IMG/VR virus record: IMGVR_UViG_3300045988_122866
Coordinates: 26,982-90,981 of that record
Reading direction: 5' to 3' (one strand)
Length of the DNA stretch: 64,000 bases
Source: a virus
In this document: piece by piece, positions 47,785-59,163 of the stretch
How the letters are laid out: the number at the start of each line of letters is the position of its first letter
Position numbering within the stretch: position 1 is the stretch's first letter
Notes under the pieces: model-generated
Seen by the model: only the letters and a program-made list of their open reading frames with translations
What the model was told of the DNA's origin: nothing
Database searches by the model: none
Made by a program: the position numbers and the translations under genes

Positions 47785-50018
47785 TCTAATACTCCCGTAT
47801 GTTTTATCCTTGCTTCAACTTCTTTTTGTTTACCCCAGTTAAAAGCAGTTTTATAATTACCTGTAAGATAACCGGTCACACGACGTAATTGTTGAATATT
47901 GTGGCTTCCGCACACTGGGCAAGAATCATTAAATTCATCACAATAACCACATTCAAGACAAGTATCATTAGGAACATTTACTGCGAAATAAGGAATATCA
48001 TGATCCATAGCATAATTAACAATAGTTTCAAGAGCATCAATATTATGTTTTACCGTAGAATCAAGTTCAACATAAGTGATACATCCTGCGGATGAATAGC
48101 CAGTCAGCTCAGATTCAATATCAATTTTTTCAAATGGACTCATTTCTTTCCACACCGGAACATGAATACTGTTAGTGAAAAATTCTCTATCACTAACATT
48201 AGGGATAATTCCATACCTTTCTTTAAATTTCGTCATAGCTGTATAACAAAGATTTTCTGCTGGGGTATAGTATACACCAAAATTTAATTTATATTTTTCT
48301 TTATATTCAGCACATCTTTCTTTAAAGCGCTTTTCAATCTTCTTAGCAATTTTCATACCATATTCAGTGGTATGGTCTTCACCAACAAGAATTTGAAGGG
48401 TTTCCGCAAGACCAATTTGACCAATAGCAAGAGTTCCATGTTTAAGAGCGGAACGAATTCCTTCTTCTGGAACATAACCAGCCATGACATTATTTTCATA
48501 CATAAATCTCGCAGACCCAGGGTCTTGAGAACAAATCCATTCAAAACGCTCCATTAATTGAATACGTGCTTCATTAATCTTTCTATCAAGCAAAGCTAAG
48601 AAAACAGGAATAACATCTTCTTCTTGTCCTTCTTTCTAACATTCTTCTTTTGCTATCATAGCAAGAGTGGGAAGAATAATAGTAACAGGACAAATATTTC
48701 CACGTCCGTCTTTAAGCTGACCAAATCCGTTAATGTCCCAGCCATTCGCAGTTCTACATCCCATTGTAGAGAAATAAGTGCGAGGATCATTGATATCATA
48801 TCCTGCATTGCCAGACCAATCAACATTCGCGTAATTAGGATAAAGGCGTCTCGCGGTACTTTCTAATGCTAATCTATATAAATCATAATTAGGATCGCCT
48901 GGTTTGCGGTTAACACCTTTCATACATTGGAAAATTCCGCAAGGGAAAATCGAAGTTTTATGAAGTTTACCAAGACCTTCAATAGAAACATCTAATAACG
49001 CCTTAGTCACCATTCTGCCTTCTGGTAAGGTGCAAGTGCCATAATTAATACTCGTAAATGGTAATTGGTTACCGCTACGAGACTGTAAAGTATTAAGATT
49101 ATGATAAAGACCTTCCGCAGCTTGATGAGTTTCACGGACAGTCATTTTCATAGCATATTTATATGCTTTTGGAAATGATTTATAAAAATCATCTTCAATA
49201 GAAGTTTCTTTACTATAGCAGCCATCATATTTATTCATATCTAATCCTTCATATAAAAACTCAATACCATCATTGAAATGTTTAAAGAAAGATTTTCTTA
49301 CATAAGGAACCATAGTCCAATCTAAGTGAGTGGCACTAACTCCACCAAACTAGCAAAGGCTTTGGATTTGGAAAATAACAGCAATTAATTGAAATGCTGT
49401 ATTAATTGAACCCGCAGGACGAACATCTGCTTGACGAGTATTAAATCCATTAGCAAGTAAATCGTCAAAAGGAATACTTAAGCAATTATGAGAACCAACA
49501 TAATAAGAATCAAGATCGTGAGTATAAATAATATTATCAATATGATTCTTACGAGCCATTGGTGAAAGTAAATAATCAAGTGCAAGTTGCTTAGTAACAA
49601 CACTACTTGCTTCACCTGTGCGGCCGCCGAATGAATGTTCGTCAACGTTAGCATTTTGATTCTTTACATTATTGCCATCAAGTTTTTCACGAATTGCTTT
49701 AATAAAATCGTCTTTTTTATTACGAGCAACTTCTTTTTTATATCTATATCTGATATAAGCACGAGCAACATCACGTCGCTCAGAGCGCATTAAATAATCT
49801 TCAATCCAATCTTGAAGATCTTCTACTCCAACACTTCCATCAGGGAAATGATTTATTTGTCTTTCAATATCTTCCGCGATATCTTTTGCGGTATCATCTT
49901 CATATAATTTACCATCAACTTCAATAAATGCTTTATTGATAGCATTAATAATTTTCTTTTTATTAAATTGAGTTATACTTCCATCACGTTTAATAATATA
50001 CAAATTTTTTGCCTCCAA
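47781..50018 (-). CDS. nrdD: Anaerobic (class III) ribonucleoside-triphosphate reductase
   Basis: Three tool ORFs (49350-50018, 48636-49313, 47781-48593) lie in one frame and are separated only by TAG at 49350-49352 and 48636-48638. The C-terminus has the glycyl-radical motif RVTGYL and a Zn-ribbon Cys cluster. Confidence 0.9.
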
Positions 50019-50077
50019 ACTAAATATAGTAGTTCTTTTAGAATATTCTACTATATTTAGGTTTTGTTAGTAAATAA

Positions 50078-50683
50078 TTATTTATCTTGGTCCATTTCCG
50101 CCCATTGCTTAACTTTTTGAGTTAAAAGATCAACAATATTATTATAATCTTCTAATGTTTCATTTATCACAATATTGCACTTAATATCATTCATTAGTTG
50201 AAATTGAATTTCATCAGCAGTATATCTTCTAACGATTTCATTTACATCAGGATTTTTTTCTCTATTTAATTGCCTAATTAAGCGTGTCGCTTCTTTGGCG
50301 ATGATATAATATATCTCTAATTCAATTCTATCATCTTTAAGAAGACTTATAATTCCTTCAGGATTAAAAACACCAATATTAATTTTACTGTCAGACAAAC
50401 TATCAATACTTGTGCCATAATACCAATTATTAAAAGAAGTGGTTTCTAACATTTTATTTTCATCAATTAAAGTTAAAAACTGATCATCTGAAACAAAATG
50501 ATAATTTTTGTCTGCTATTTCTTTTTCACGCTTCGGGCGCGTAGTATGGCTTATAATAGGATTTAGGTATTCTTCTAAGTGGGAAAAGGTAGCCATCATT
50601 AGGCTATCTTTTCCTGCACCAGATTTTCCACATAATGCAATAATTTTATACATCTTCTTCAATTCCTCCTTGATAACGAGCAT
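50078..50683 (-). CDS. Guanylate-kinase-like nucleoside monophosphate kinase
   Basis: P-loop GKSGAGKDS and a TTRPKRE motif. Confidence 0.65.
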   Translation of the reverse strand: MLVIKEELKKMYKIIALCGKSGAGKDSLMMATFSHLEEYLNPIISHTTRPKREKEIADKNYHFVSDDQFLTLIDENKMLETTSFNNWYYGTSIDSLSDSKINIGVFNPEGIISLLKDDRIELEIYYIIAKEATRLIRQLNREKNPDVNEIVRRYTADEIQFQLMNDIKCNIVINETLEDYNNIVDLLTQKVKQWAEMDQDK

Positions 50684-53600
50684 CTTTTAAAACTAAATCG
50701 CCATTGGATAAAATTTCATCAATTTTATATAATTGATGCCCTCCAGAAGAAGCATATTTTTTTGACATGAAATTATCTCCATTACGAATTCCAGAGACTA
50801 CAATCATATTTCCGCGATTAAACCAAGATTTTTCAACAATATGTTTAGTTCCGTCCGCTCCGCGCTCTGAAATTTGTTTATCAAATAAACTAAAATATTC
50901 TTTTCTAAATTTTACTTCTACAGGACCAGTAGTAGTAAGGATAGTTACGGTACTTTTAGTTTTATTTTTGGCAATACAAGTTCCGCAAATCTTAAACAAT
51001 TTGTAAATATGAATAGTGTGATTTCCTTTAGTAAAACTTCTATCAATTATTGGGTCTTCTGGAAGTTTAAAGAAATCTACAAATCCATATTTATCATTGT
51101 TAATATTGTTTAATTCATGAGTATGATAATAATAACAAAGAACTTCCATTTCCCAAGCGGATAGATTATTTTTATTAGCGTATTTATCCCAATCATCTTT
51201 AAATATTTTTATATTCAGATTATTCAAAATTTCATCTTTATTATTAGCAATCCAAGTGCGAAATATATCCATCCACTTTTGGTATATACCATTCCAAATA
51301 TTTTCACTTAAAGAATAATTAGTTCCATCAAATTGAATATTATTATCTTCTCCAATTTCTACTAAGAAATTAATAGCTCGTTCATCAAGTTGATATAAAC
51401 CATTATTTTTTGTAGTTTTACAAATTGCTTTTAAATATCTATTAAATTCATAAATACGGCGAGCCATAATTTGATTTTCATTTTCTTCTGGAAGAAGATC
51501 ATACTTCATAAGTCCGCCCATATTTTGAAGAGTAATTCTTTTCTTTTTGTCGCAAGTTTCCCAAATATACCAAATCATTAATTCTTTTCTATCCATCATA
51601 TTATCAAAAGCTCCGCCTTTAATAAGAGAAATCATAGCTTGTTTACCTGGCTTAATACGATATAAAAATTCTTTAGGATTTGAATAAGGGCGATTGGCAA
51701 TGATTGTATTAACTAATTCATCACCAACATTTAGCATACCTTTTAGTCCAAAAAGGATTTTATTATTTTCAATATCAGGGGCAAATCCAAATTTAGATTT
51801 GTTAATATCAGGAAGACCTACTTCAATTCCTGCTTTTTGAATGTCACTAATAGCCTTGGCAATTTTTCCATAATCAGTAGCCGCGGTTTTGCGGATTTTA
51901 CCACTTTTGTCAGGAAGATCTTCAAATGTTACTCCATTAGCTAAATCATCGCCTTCAGGAGCATAAATATCTACAATCTCTTCTTCGCTATTATCTTCAA
52001 GGGAGCCACTATTAACAATTAAGCAAGCGGTATCCCAATAGATAGGATTAAAATGAATTACTAAGTAAATCATTTGAATTGCTACAAATGAATAGGGGAG
52101 AGAATGATTAAGACTAAATGCATACCCTAATTGAGGAGCAACTGCGATTTCCCAAAAGTATTCAGCAGATTTTTCATTATCAAATTTACTAAATACTTGT
52201 TCTCTCAGTTGTGGAATTTTAGCCATTTGCTTTTTAGCAACAATCTTACGCGCAGTATTAGCTTCACCAAGAGTAAAATGAGCTACATCCATAAGAATTT
52301 CCATCATTTGCTCTTGAATAGGACAACATCCATAATATTTATCACAATGCTTATGCATCTTATCAATTAATTCTTGTGGAAGATGCTGAGCCTTCATTTC
52401 ATCATCAAATACTTTAATACCTGAATGTTGAATGCGGTAATATCTATCTTGCTGTGATTCTTTACCTTTTTCAGACATAAGACGCATCATAGCATTGGCC
52501 GCCGTCATTTCCATAGGGTCTTGGGGTTTAAGGCGTTTCGCAATTGCCAAACCAACTCCCGTAGAAAATTGGAATACATCTAATACATCACCGGCGGCGA
52601 GGTGGTCCCAAATTGCTTGGTCAGTTGTATCTATTACTTCTGGATGAATATATTTATTATAGAATTCTCGTAAAGATAATTCTGGAATTTGTTTATCTTT
52701 TAGAAGTAATTGATAACAAGTAATAATTTTGTCAGAAGCTTCAGTTACAAGGAAGTCATATTTTGTATCTCCAGCGGCTTCCGCTTTATGAAGATCCCAA
52801 CAAGTAATCATATCTCCACTAGGAGTTCTCATAAATGATGCTGTATCAAATGGATCGTCACCATACAAAATAACGCCAGAAGCATGAGAAGAACGTTTAT
52901 TAACCATTCCTTCAATATATACAATAATGTCCAAAAGACCAGGATATTGGTTTACTTCTCGAATAAATGCTTGAACGGGTTTACGATCTTTTTCTTCATT
53001 ACCATAAATAACATCATGAATAGGCCATAAAAATCCACGTTCTTGGGGAATTAATGAAGACATATATTGAGCATTATCAACATCAATTCCTTCTGGAAAT
53101 TCTTCACTTCTATATCCACGACAAGCAGTTAAAATACTTTGTTTAGTGCCTTCAGTTCCAAATGTAGCAACTTGAACCAATCCCAATTCTCCGCGTTCTT
53201 TTCTAATTGCTTTGAAAATCGCGGGACGTTTACTTGGGGCAAGGTCAATATCAATATCAGGCAATTCCGCGCGCTCCTTATTTAAAAATCTCCAATAAGG
53301 AAGTCCCCAACGAATTGGGTCTAATTGAGTAATGCCTAAAAGATAATTAGATAAAAAGCCAGTCGCTGAACCACGTCCAGGACCTACAATACTTCCACAT
53401 TCCCAAAATAAATTAATATAATGTTGGAAAGTATTAAAATAAGCAAAAAGACAATCATCTAATTTTTCGCCAATATCTTTTATGATATCAGCTTCAATTT
53501 CAAGTCGCTCTAAATAATTTTTATTATCATAAAGTTGCTTTTCTTGTAAAGCTTTAATACATTCATTTACCCAATATCGTTCTTGAATATTGTCGCTATT

Positions 53601-54659
53601 AATTAAAGAACAGATAATTGGATATTTATCAAACCATTCTGAAGGAATAAATCCTTTCTTATAATCCTTTACTTCAACTTTTGGAATAATTTGTTTTCTT
53701 TCTAATGAATAAAAAGAAATTTTATTTTGGATCTCTTGAGTGTTATCAAGAATCCAATTTATCAATTCTTTTCCTGTTTTATTATCTTTATCCCAATCAT
53801 TAGCATAAGGTTCCATTAATTCAAAAATTTCATCACTTGTCATTAAGTAAGTAAATTTATAAAAATCGTCAACTTCTCTTTCTCCTGGCTTAGAAGTAAG
53901 ATATGCTTTATGAATGGGTCTATCTTCTTTAGTTAAATAATGCGCGTCTGTTCCAACTACCATTTTTAAATCAAACGCCTTAGCGATTTGATAAATTTTA
54001 TGATTTACAATTATTTGCTCAGCATCAGTAGATGGCGCACATTCAAGATAAAAATCATCTTTTCCAAATACTTTAATACAAAAATTGATATAATCAATTA
54101 TTTGATTATAATATTTAGTTTGAGTTTCAATATCTTTGTTTAATTCAGCTTGGAACATTGGTAAAATACAGCTACCGAGTTCTCCACCAATACAAGCAGT
54201 TGTTGCTATAACATGCCCTTTATATTGTTCCATTACCATTTCAAGTTCACTTTTTAAAGTAGGAACTCGTTCCATTCGTCTATCAACATAACTATGAATC
54301 CAAGCAATAGAACTTAATTCTCTTAATGCTTTATGTCCAATGGCATCTTTAGCAATAAGAATAAAGTGGTAATATTTTTGTCCGTTATCTCTTGTATCAG
54401 TGAGATAAATTTCATTACCAAGAGCAATAGTAAAATCAGGATTTTCTTCTCTTATTTTTTTTGCATATTGATTTACTTCCATATGCGCAGAAAGGCATTC
54501 ATGGTCTGTAATAGTTATTCCTGATAGGCCTAATTCTATCGCTTTATCAATAAGAGCTTGTGGTCTATTGATACAATCTAATAGACGTAAATTTGAATAC
54601 ATTGTATGATTGTGAATCCCGAAATATGATCTCATTCGCACATTCCTTTCATCTTTCAT
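50646..54659 (-). CDS. dnaE: DNA polymerase III alpha subunit (DnaE-type) with an N-terminal PHP domain, 1337 aa
   Basis: PHP motif GIHNHTMYS at the N-terminus. The length and overall motif pattern fit PolIII alpha. No in-frame TAG. Confidence 0.85.
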   Translation of the reverse strand: MKDERNVRMRSYFGIHNHTMYSNLRLLDCINRPQALIDKAIELGLSGITITDHECLSAHMEVNQYAKKIREENPDFTIALGNEIYLTDTRDNGQKYYHFILIAKDAIGHKALRELSSIAWIHSYVDRRMERVPTLKSELEMVMEQYKGHVIATTACIGGELGSCILPMFQAELNKDIETQTKYYNQIIDYINFCIKVFGKDDFYLECAPSTDAEQIIVNHKIYQIAKAFDLKMVVGTDAHYLTKEDRPIHKAYLTSKPGEREVDDFYKFTYLMTSDEIFELMEPYANDWDKDNKTGKELINWILDNTQEIQNKISFYSLERKQIIPKVEVKDYKKGFIPSEWFDKYPIICSLINSDNIQERYWVNECIKALQEKQLYDNKNYLERLEIEADIIKDIGEKLDDCLFAYFNTFQHYINLFWECGSIVGPGRGSATGFLSNYLLGITQLDPIRWGLPYWRFLNKERAELPDIDIDLAPSKRPAIFKAIRKERGELGLVQVATFGTEGTKQSILTACRGYRSEEFPEGIDVDNAQYMSSLIPQERGFLWPIHDVIYGNEEKDRKPVQAFIREVNQYPGLLDIIVYIEGMVNKRSSHASGVILYGDDPFDTASFMRTPSGDMITCWDLHKAEAAGDTKYDFLVTEASDKIITCYQLLLKDKQIPELSLREFYNKYIHPEVIDTTDQAIWDHLAAGDVLDVFQFSTGVGLAIAKRLKPQDPMEMTAANAMMRLMSEKGKESQQDRYYRIQHSGIKVFDDEMKAQHLPQELIDKMHKHCDKYYGCCPIQEQMMEILMDVAHFTLGEANTARKIVAKKQMAKIPQLREQVFSKFDNEKSAEYFWEIAVAPQLGYAFSLNHSLPYSFVAIQMIYLVIHFNPIYWDTACLIVNSGSLEDNSEEEIVDIYAPEGDDLANGVTFEDLPDKSGKIRKTAATDYGKIAKAISDIQKAGIEVGLPDINKSKFGFAPDIENNKILFGLKGMLNVGDELVNTIIANRPYSNPKEFLYRIKPGKQAMISLIKGGAFDNMMDRKELMIWYIWETCDKKKRITLQNMGGLMKYDLLPEENENQIMARRIYEFNRYLKAICKTTKNNGLYQLDERAINFLVEIGEDNNIQFDGTNYSLSENIWNGIYQKWMDIFRTWIANNKDEILNNLNIKIFKDDWDKYANKNNLSAWEMEVLCYYYHTHELNNINNDKYGFVDFFKLPEDPIIDRSFTKGNHTIHIYKLFKICGTCIAKNKTKSTVTILTTTGPVEVKFRKEYFSLFDKQISERGADGTKHIVEKSWFNRGNMIVVSGIRNGDNFMSKKYASSGGHQLYKIDEILSNGDLVLKDARYQGGIEEDV

Positions 54660-54684
54660 TTATATTTATATAATATCATATTAT

Positions 54685-54948
54685 TTAATAATAATCAAAT
54701 CGAGAGATATAATTATCGCATATACTACGAATATCTTTTAAAAAATCAGCAAATTCCCTTGACCGAGATGATATCTTATGCATATTATCACGAACCATAG
54801 AATTTAACATATCTAATTCTACATTTAAGTCATGGGTAAAAAGTTCTAAATTAGAATTTAAATCCTAAGCTAAATCCGCATCCTTAAGAAACATATTATT
54901 TTCAAGTATAGCATTAATACTTGAATTTAAATTAGATGTATCTACCAT
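54685..54948 (-). CDS. Hypothetical small protein of about 87 aa
   Basis: ORF obtained by reading through one TAG; it sits between dnaE and the upstream gene. No RBS was checked. Confidence 0.3.
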
Positions 54949-55576
54949 TATTTTCTTCGTCTCCTTGAACTTTAAATTCAGTATTATAAATACTATTAAA
55001 TATATCTACGATAATATAAAAAAGACATCTTAAATGAGGTGGAATCCATTGAGGGGATAGACAAATAAACAATTCATCAGGAGCATCAATTGTTTCTAAA
55101 TTACATTCTATAATAGGAGTAGAAGAAAAATTAAATTTTCTATCTTCTGGATAATTAGTTGAATCTTCATTTCTAATCCAAACATAATTTTCTAATTTGC
55201 CTTCTTCTGATAGATATTTTACCCAATTTCCACAATTTAAATCTTCAATTTTATTTTCAATGTCTTTATCGGTATAAGCAATATCATGATGATGATCTAT
55301 ATTAATTAAAGATATAGTATCATCTATATTCTTATCGACATAAGTAGCAATCATTTCATGTGAAACAATAAAATGAATGTTTTCTTTTTTCATACTTTTA
55401 CTTAATTTTAATAAAAGCTGTAAAAGCCTTTTAAAATGAATGTAATCGGGTTTAGCAAATTTTAAAATTTCAAAATGAGAACATAATGCTTCCCAATCAT
55501 CAGTTGAATAATTGTTATAAAGTTGAATACAAGGAGACATTATAATATCAAAATCTATTGATAATATTTTTTTCAT
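54932..55576 (-). CDS. Hypothetical protein of 214 aa with an IDHHHD motif, possibly a phosphoesterase
   Basis: Intact ORF. Confidence 0.45.
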   Translation of the reverse strand: MKKILSIDFDIIMSPCIQLYNNYSTDDWEALCSHFEILKFAKPDYIHFKRLLQLLLKLSKSMKKENIHFIVSHEMIATYVDKNIDDTISLINIDHHHDIAYTDKDIENKIEDLNCGNWVKYLSEEGKLENYVWIRNEDSTNYPEDRKFNFSSTPIIECNLETIDAPDELFICLSPQWIPPHLRCLFYIIVDIFNSIYNTEFKVQGDEENNGRYI

Positions 55577-55579
55577 TTA

Positions 55580-56779
55580 TTACTTCCTTATAATTACTAA
55601 TTTATCGCTAGCCCTAGTAGCCATAGTATATAAATACTTTTTATGTTCTTCTCGATCAAAAGGATGATTTTCTTCAAATCCTAATACTTTTCCATACTCG
55701 CTACCTTGCGCTTTCCAACAGGTAATAGCGTAAGCATAGGAGAAATCAAGGGGAGGATCGAGGCATTGTTTATTATTTCTTAATTGATAGCATTGACTAC
55801 CTGTAAGAGTCCCTTCACCGGTAATAAGTTGTTTATAATCAATTGGAGTCCCACAAAATTTATCTCCATCGCTTAAAACAATTTGAGTAAACATATAAGT
55901 AATAGGAACTTCTGAAATATAATAAGGGACTCGAATGTCTTCAGTATAAAAATCTTCAATAGTTCCAACAGTGCCATTAGTTAAAGCCCATACTCGGTTT
56001 TCAGACATGAAATCCCAGTTATTATGTAATCCAATAATTTTATCTCCAATTTGAGGGACATTAGGATCAAATCCTTTTCTTAATCGGACTACATTATTAA
56101 TTTTAGTTCTTGTAGCATTTTTAGCACAAATGATCTAATCAGCCCAATCATACATTTCAGGTATAACTTGACTTTTATCATATACTCTTACTTGTTTTCC
56201 TTCTGGACGATAAGAAATTAAAGATTTGCCTTCTCTAATCCACATTGAGAAACGAATAATCTCACTATCTTGCGCTTGACGCATAATTTCATCGAGAAAA
56301 ATATGTGGTTTATCTAATACATGATTATTTTCATTAGGATCTACAGGAGGTAATTGACCTGGGTCGCCGGCCGCAATAATATAAATACCATGGGTTAGCA
56401 TTAAGTCCCATAACTTTTTAGGAAGCATTGATACTTCATCGACAACAATTACTTTATATTGGGCTAATTCACTGTTATCTTTTGGAAAAAATTTAAAAGT
56501 TCCATTGGCCATCATTTTAGCTTTATATAAAAGTTTATGCGCGGTTGTTGCATTTGGGCAACCTTTTTGTTGAAGCACAGTCGCAGCTTTACCTGTAAAT
56601 GCTACATAACAAACTTCTTCTTCTGGATCAACATCAAGAGCAGAAATAATAAATTTAATCAAAGTGCTCTTTCCGCTTCCCGCGTATCCCGCTATACAAG
56701 TCCAACGCTCATGGGCATAATAGCGCTCAACCGCAATTTTTAATCCTTCTTCTTGTTTACGAGTTAATTCCATTTTCAC
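55580..56779 (-). CDS. Dda/RecD-like superfamily 1 DNA helicase
   Basis: Walker A GYAGSGKST, VVDEVSM, and a C-terminal …WKAQGSEY motif. Two tool ORFs are joined through TAG 56135-56137. Confidence 0.8.
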
Positions 56780-56978
56780 AGTCTCCAGGGTTTAATCTAT
56801 AATATTTATTCTCATCAACTATAAAATAATCACAAGCCCATTTTAATGTTCCATAAACACCTGTTGTATGTCTATCTATGTTATCTAATTTAGAAATTAA
56901 TTCTTGAGCTTTATTATAATAAGAACAATTTTCATAATTAGAACAATAATTACATTGTTCTTTCCAGTAAATCCACAT
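56757..56978 (-). CDS. Cys-rich small protein of 73 aa
   Basis: Intact ORF. Confidence 0.45.
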   Translation of the reverse strand: MWIYWKEQCNYCSNYENCSYYNKAQELISKLDNIDRHTTGVYGTLKWACDYFIVDENKYYRLNPGDCENGINS

Positions 56979-57256
56979 TAATCATGTTCTCCAATTGCTT
57001 CATTAAGAATTTGGTAAAAACGCATACAATCTCTTTCATAAAGGTCTCTAGCCATGTTTTCAGCTTCTCTTTTAGAATATCCTTTACTATTAATATACAT
57101 TTCAATATCTTCCTTCATAGCTTTGTAGCGGGCTAATTGATATCTATAACAAAGACTATCATATATATAACCTTTAGTATGTTTTTCTCTTTCTTCAAAA
57201 AATTCTAAACTATTATCATATTTATGAGCTTTATTAACCATTTCTTTTAAATCCAT
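56978..57256 (-). CDS. Hypothetical protein of 92 aa
   Basis: Intact ORF. Confidence 0.45.
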   Translation of the reverse strand: MDLKEMVNKAHKYDNSLEFFEEREKHTKGYIYDSLCYRYQLARYKAMKEDIEMYINSKGYSKREAENMARDLYERDCMRFYQILNEAIGEHD

Positions 57257-57259
57257 ATT

Positions 57260-57574
57260 TTATACCTCTTTAAAATCAACATCTTCGGGTTCATCTATAT
57301 CAAATAATTCAAATAACATTGGGATAGTTGCGACACAAGCATTAACTTCATCATTACAACAATTATTTAAAAAATTTGAAGTAACAATACCTGCTACAAA
57401 GCAAGCAAAATCTTTATGACTCTAATTAAATTTTTTTACAAGAGACTCTAATTCTTCTTCATTTAAAGAAAGTAAATACTCCTTTGAAAATTGTTTCTAA
57501 TATTTAGTTAAATAACTATTCCATTCTATATAAGACCTTAAAATCTTTTTATAACATAAAGATGGACTACCCAT
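57260..57574 (-). CDS. Hypothetical protein of about 104 aa
   Basis: ORF obtained by reading through 2 TAG. Confidence 0.35.
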
Positions 57575-57637
57575 AATATTTTTCTTCTTTCTTCATTTAT
57601 ATTTATATAATACCATATTTTAATTATTTAGTCAAAT

Positions 57638-58087
57638 TTAGAATATAATAAACTCATCATCATCTGTATTATCAGCTTTAATTATCATAGGTGGTCCAAA
57701 AGAAATAGTTTTTGTGCGTGGCTAATTAGGTTCAGAAAAAATTTCAGATTTGAGTTTTTCTCCAAAAATTTCTAAATCACTTTTTTCATTTGATTTGTCG
57801 GTTTTCTCGCTTGTTCCCGGCCCGAGCAACCATCCTTCTTCTTTATAGCCAGTGATAGAAGCTTTAATCCATAGGTCTGCGATTTCATCTAATACCTTGA
57901 ACAAATCGTCTTTAGAAGAAATCCCCAGTTCATTTAATTGTTTATTTATTCTATTGTTCACTTCATTATATGTATACCCATATGACCTTAAAGATTCTAA
58001 AGTTTCATAAAGCGCTTCGCCACTTTTTTGTGGGGTTGCCTAATATACCATATTAATGTCATCAGCATAATAATTAAATTTTCCCAT
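57638..58087 (-). CDS. Hypothetical protein of about 149 aa
   Basis: Tool ORF 57722-57961 extended at both ends through TAG codons. RBS GGAG. Confidence 0.45.
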
Positions 58088-58110
58088 AATCTACTCCATA
58101 AATAAAAATA

Positions 58111-58146
58111 ATGGCTATATGAAGAAATAAATCTTCATATAGCCGT
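58111..58146 (-). terminator. Rho-independent terminator
   Basis: Stem GGCTATATGAAGA / TCTTCATATAGCC followed by a T-rich run on the minus strand. Confidence 0.6.
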
Positions 58147-58150
58147 AAAA

Positions 58151-58990
58151 TTAATTAGTAAAATAATTATAAGCAGTGGTCGCATTCTTTTGTCTTTGAT
58201 TTAAAGAACTTGATCCACAACGCTCATAACATTTTGCAAAAGCTTTAGCAACTTCTTTTTCATCATTTAAATTTAAAAAAGAATTAAAATTAAATCCTCT
58301 TTTATATGAAGAACCAAAAGTATTAAATTCATATCCAATAGTATTTATTAAGAATTCGCATTGTGTGTCTAAATTAGAATACCAAACACTTGAATATCCT
58401 TTACTCCATTGACAAATTCCATAATAATATTTATTAGAGGCAGTTGGTTGCAAGGATAAAGTATTGCCACCACACTCTGCCATCATATTACCCAAAATAC
58501 CGGCGCAAACCGCGTCATTCCATCCTTGGTCTTTCATATAAAGCCAAATTTCTGTCGCTACTGGATAAGTAGATGATTTATCACTCCATTGAGAATTAAT
58601 TTTATCTAAACGATTCTGATAAATTTCTAAATATCCATTAGCAGTTTCATATTCTTTTTTAGCAAATTCAATAATAGGATGATTTTCATCATACCCTAAT
58701 GCTCTCGTTGCTTCGGCTAAGTCATGAGCACTATTCACAATCTCTTGATACTCTTGGATTAGAGATTTGAGCTCTTTACGGTTAACTGTATCATTAATTT
58801 CTCTATCCATAGGCTCCATATCAATAGTTTCTTCTGGTAAAAAATTATATACAGTTGATGATTCAGAAGGGATGTAAGCTTCCGAAAAAGTAGTGATTTC
58901 GCTATAATTTAAAGCAAGAGCTGATGTTTGTAAAATAAAAATTAATACAAAACAAATAATGCTTCCTGCTAAAATCTTATATCTTTTCAT
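58151..58990 (-). CDS. Secreted lysozyme-like protein, candidate endolysin or virion lysin
   Basis: N-terminal signal peptide (MKRYKILAGSIICFVLIFILQTSALA) and the motif AGILGNMMAECGG…ICQW, which resembles the phage tail lysozyme fold. Confidence 0.4.
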   Translation of the reverse strand: MKRYKILAGSIICFVLIFILQTSALALNYSEITTFSEAYIPSESSTVYNFLPEETIDMEPMDREINDTVNRKELKSLIQEYQEIVNSAHDLAEATRALGYDENHPIIEFAKKEYETANGYLEIYQNRLDKINSQWSDKSSTYPVATEIWLYMKDQGWNDAVCAGILGNMMAECGGNTLSLQPTASNKYYYGICQWSKGYSSVWYSNLDTQCEFLINTIGYEFNTFGSSYKRGFNFNSFLNLNDEKEVAKAFAKCYERCGSSSLNQRQKNATTAYNYFTN

Positions 58991-59163
58991 AAATGATTTC
59001 CTCCTAATAGGTTTTTTAAGTCTATTAGTCGTAGTGTCAATTATTAAAAATAATAAGCAGCCCTATCTACAATTTCGTAATCTTCTATAATAATCTAAGG
59101 ACTAATATTATTATTCCATATATTTCGTTCGCATTTACCAACGATATTAATTGTCACATAACC

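Noticed and set aside
47781-50018. nrdD, and likewise the Dda-like helicase at 55580-56779, the RecJ-like gene at 59164-60792 and the RuvC-like gene at 45145-45657, look like pseudogenes split into 2-4 ORFs under the standard code.
   Set aside because: Every interruption is a TAG in the same frame, with conserved protein sequence continuing directly across it. No frameshifts or TAA/TGA stops are involved, so the pattern indicates codon reassignment rather than gene decay.
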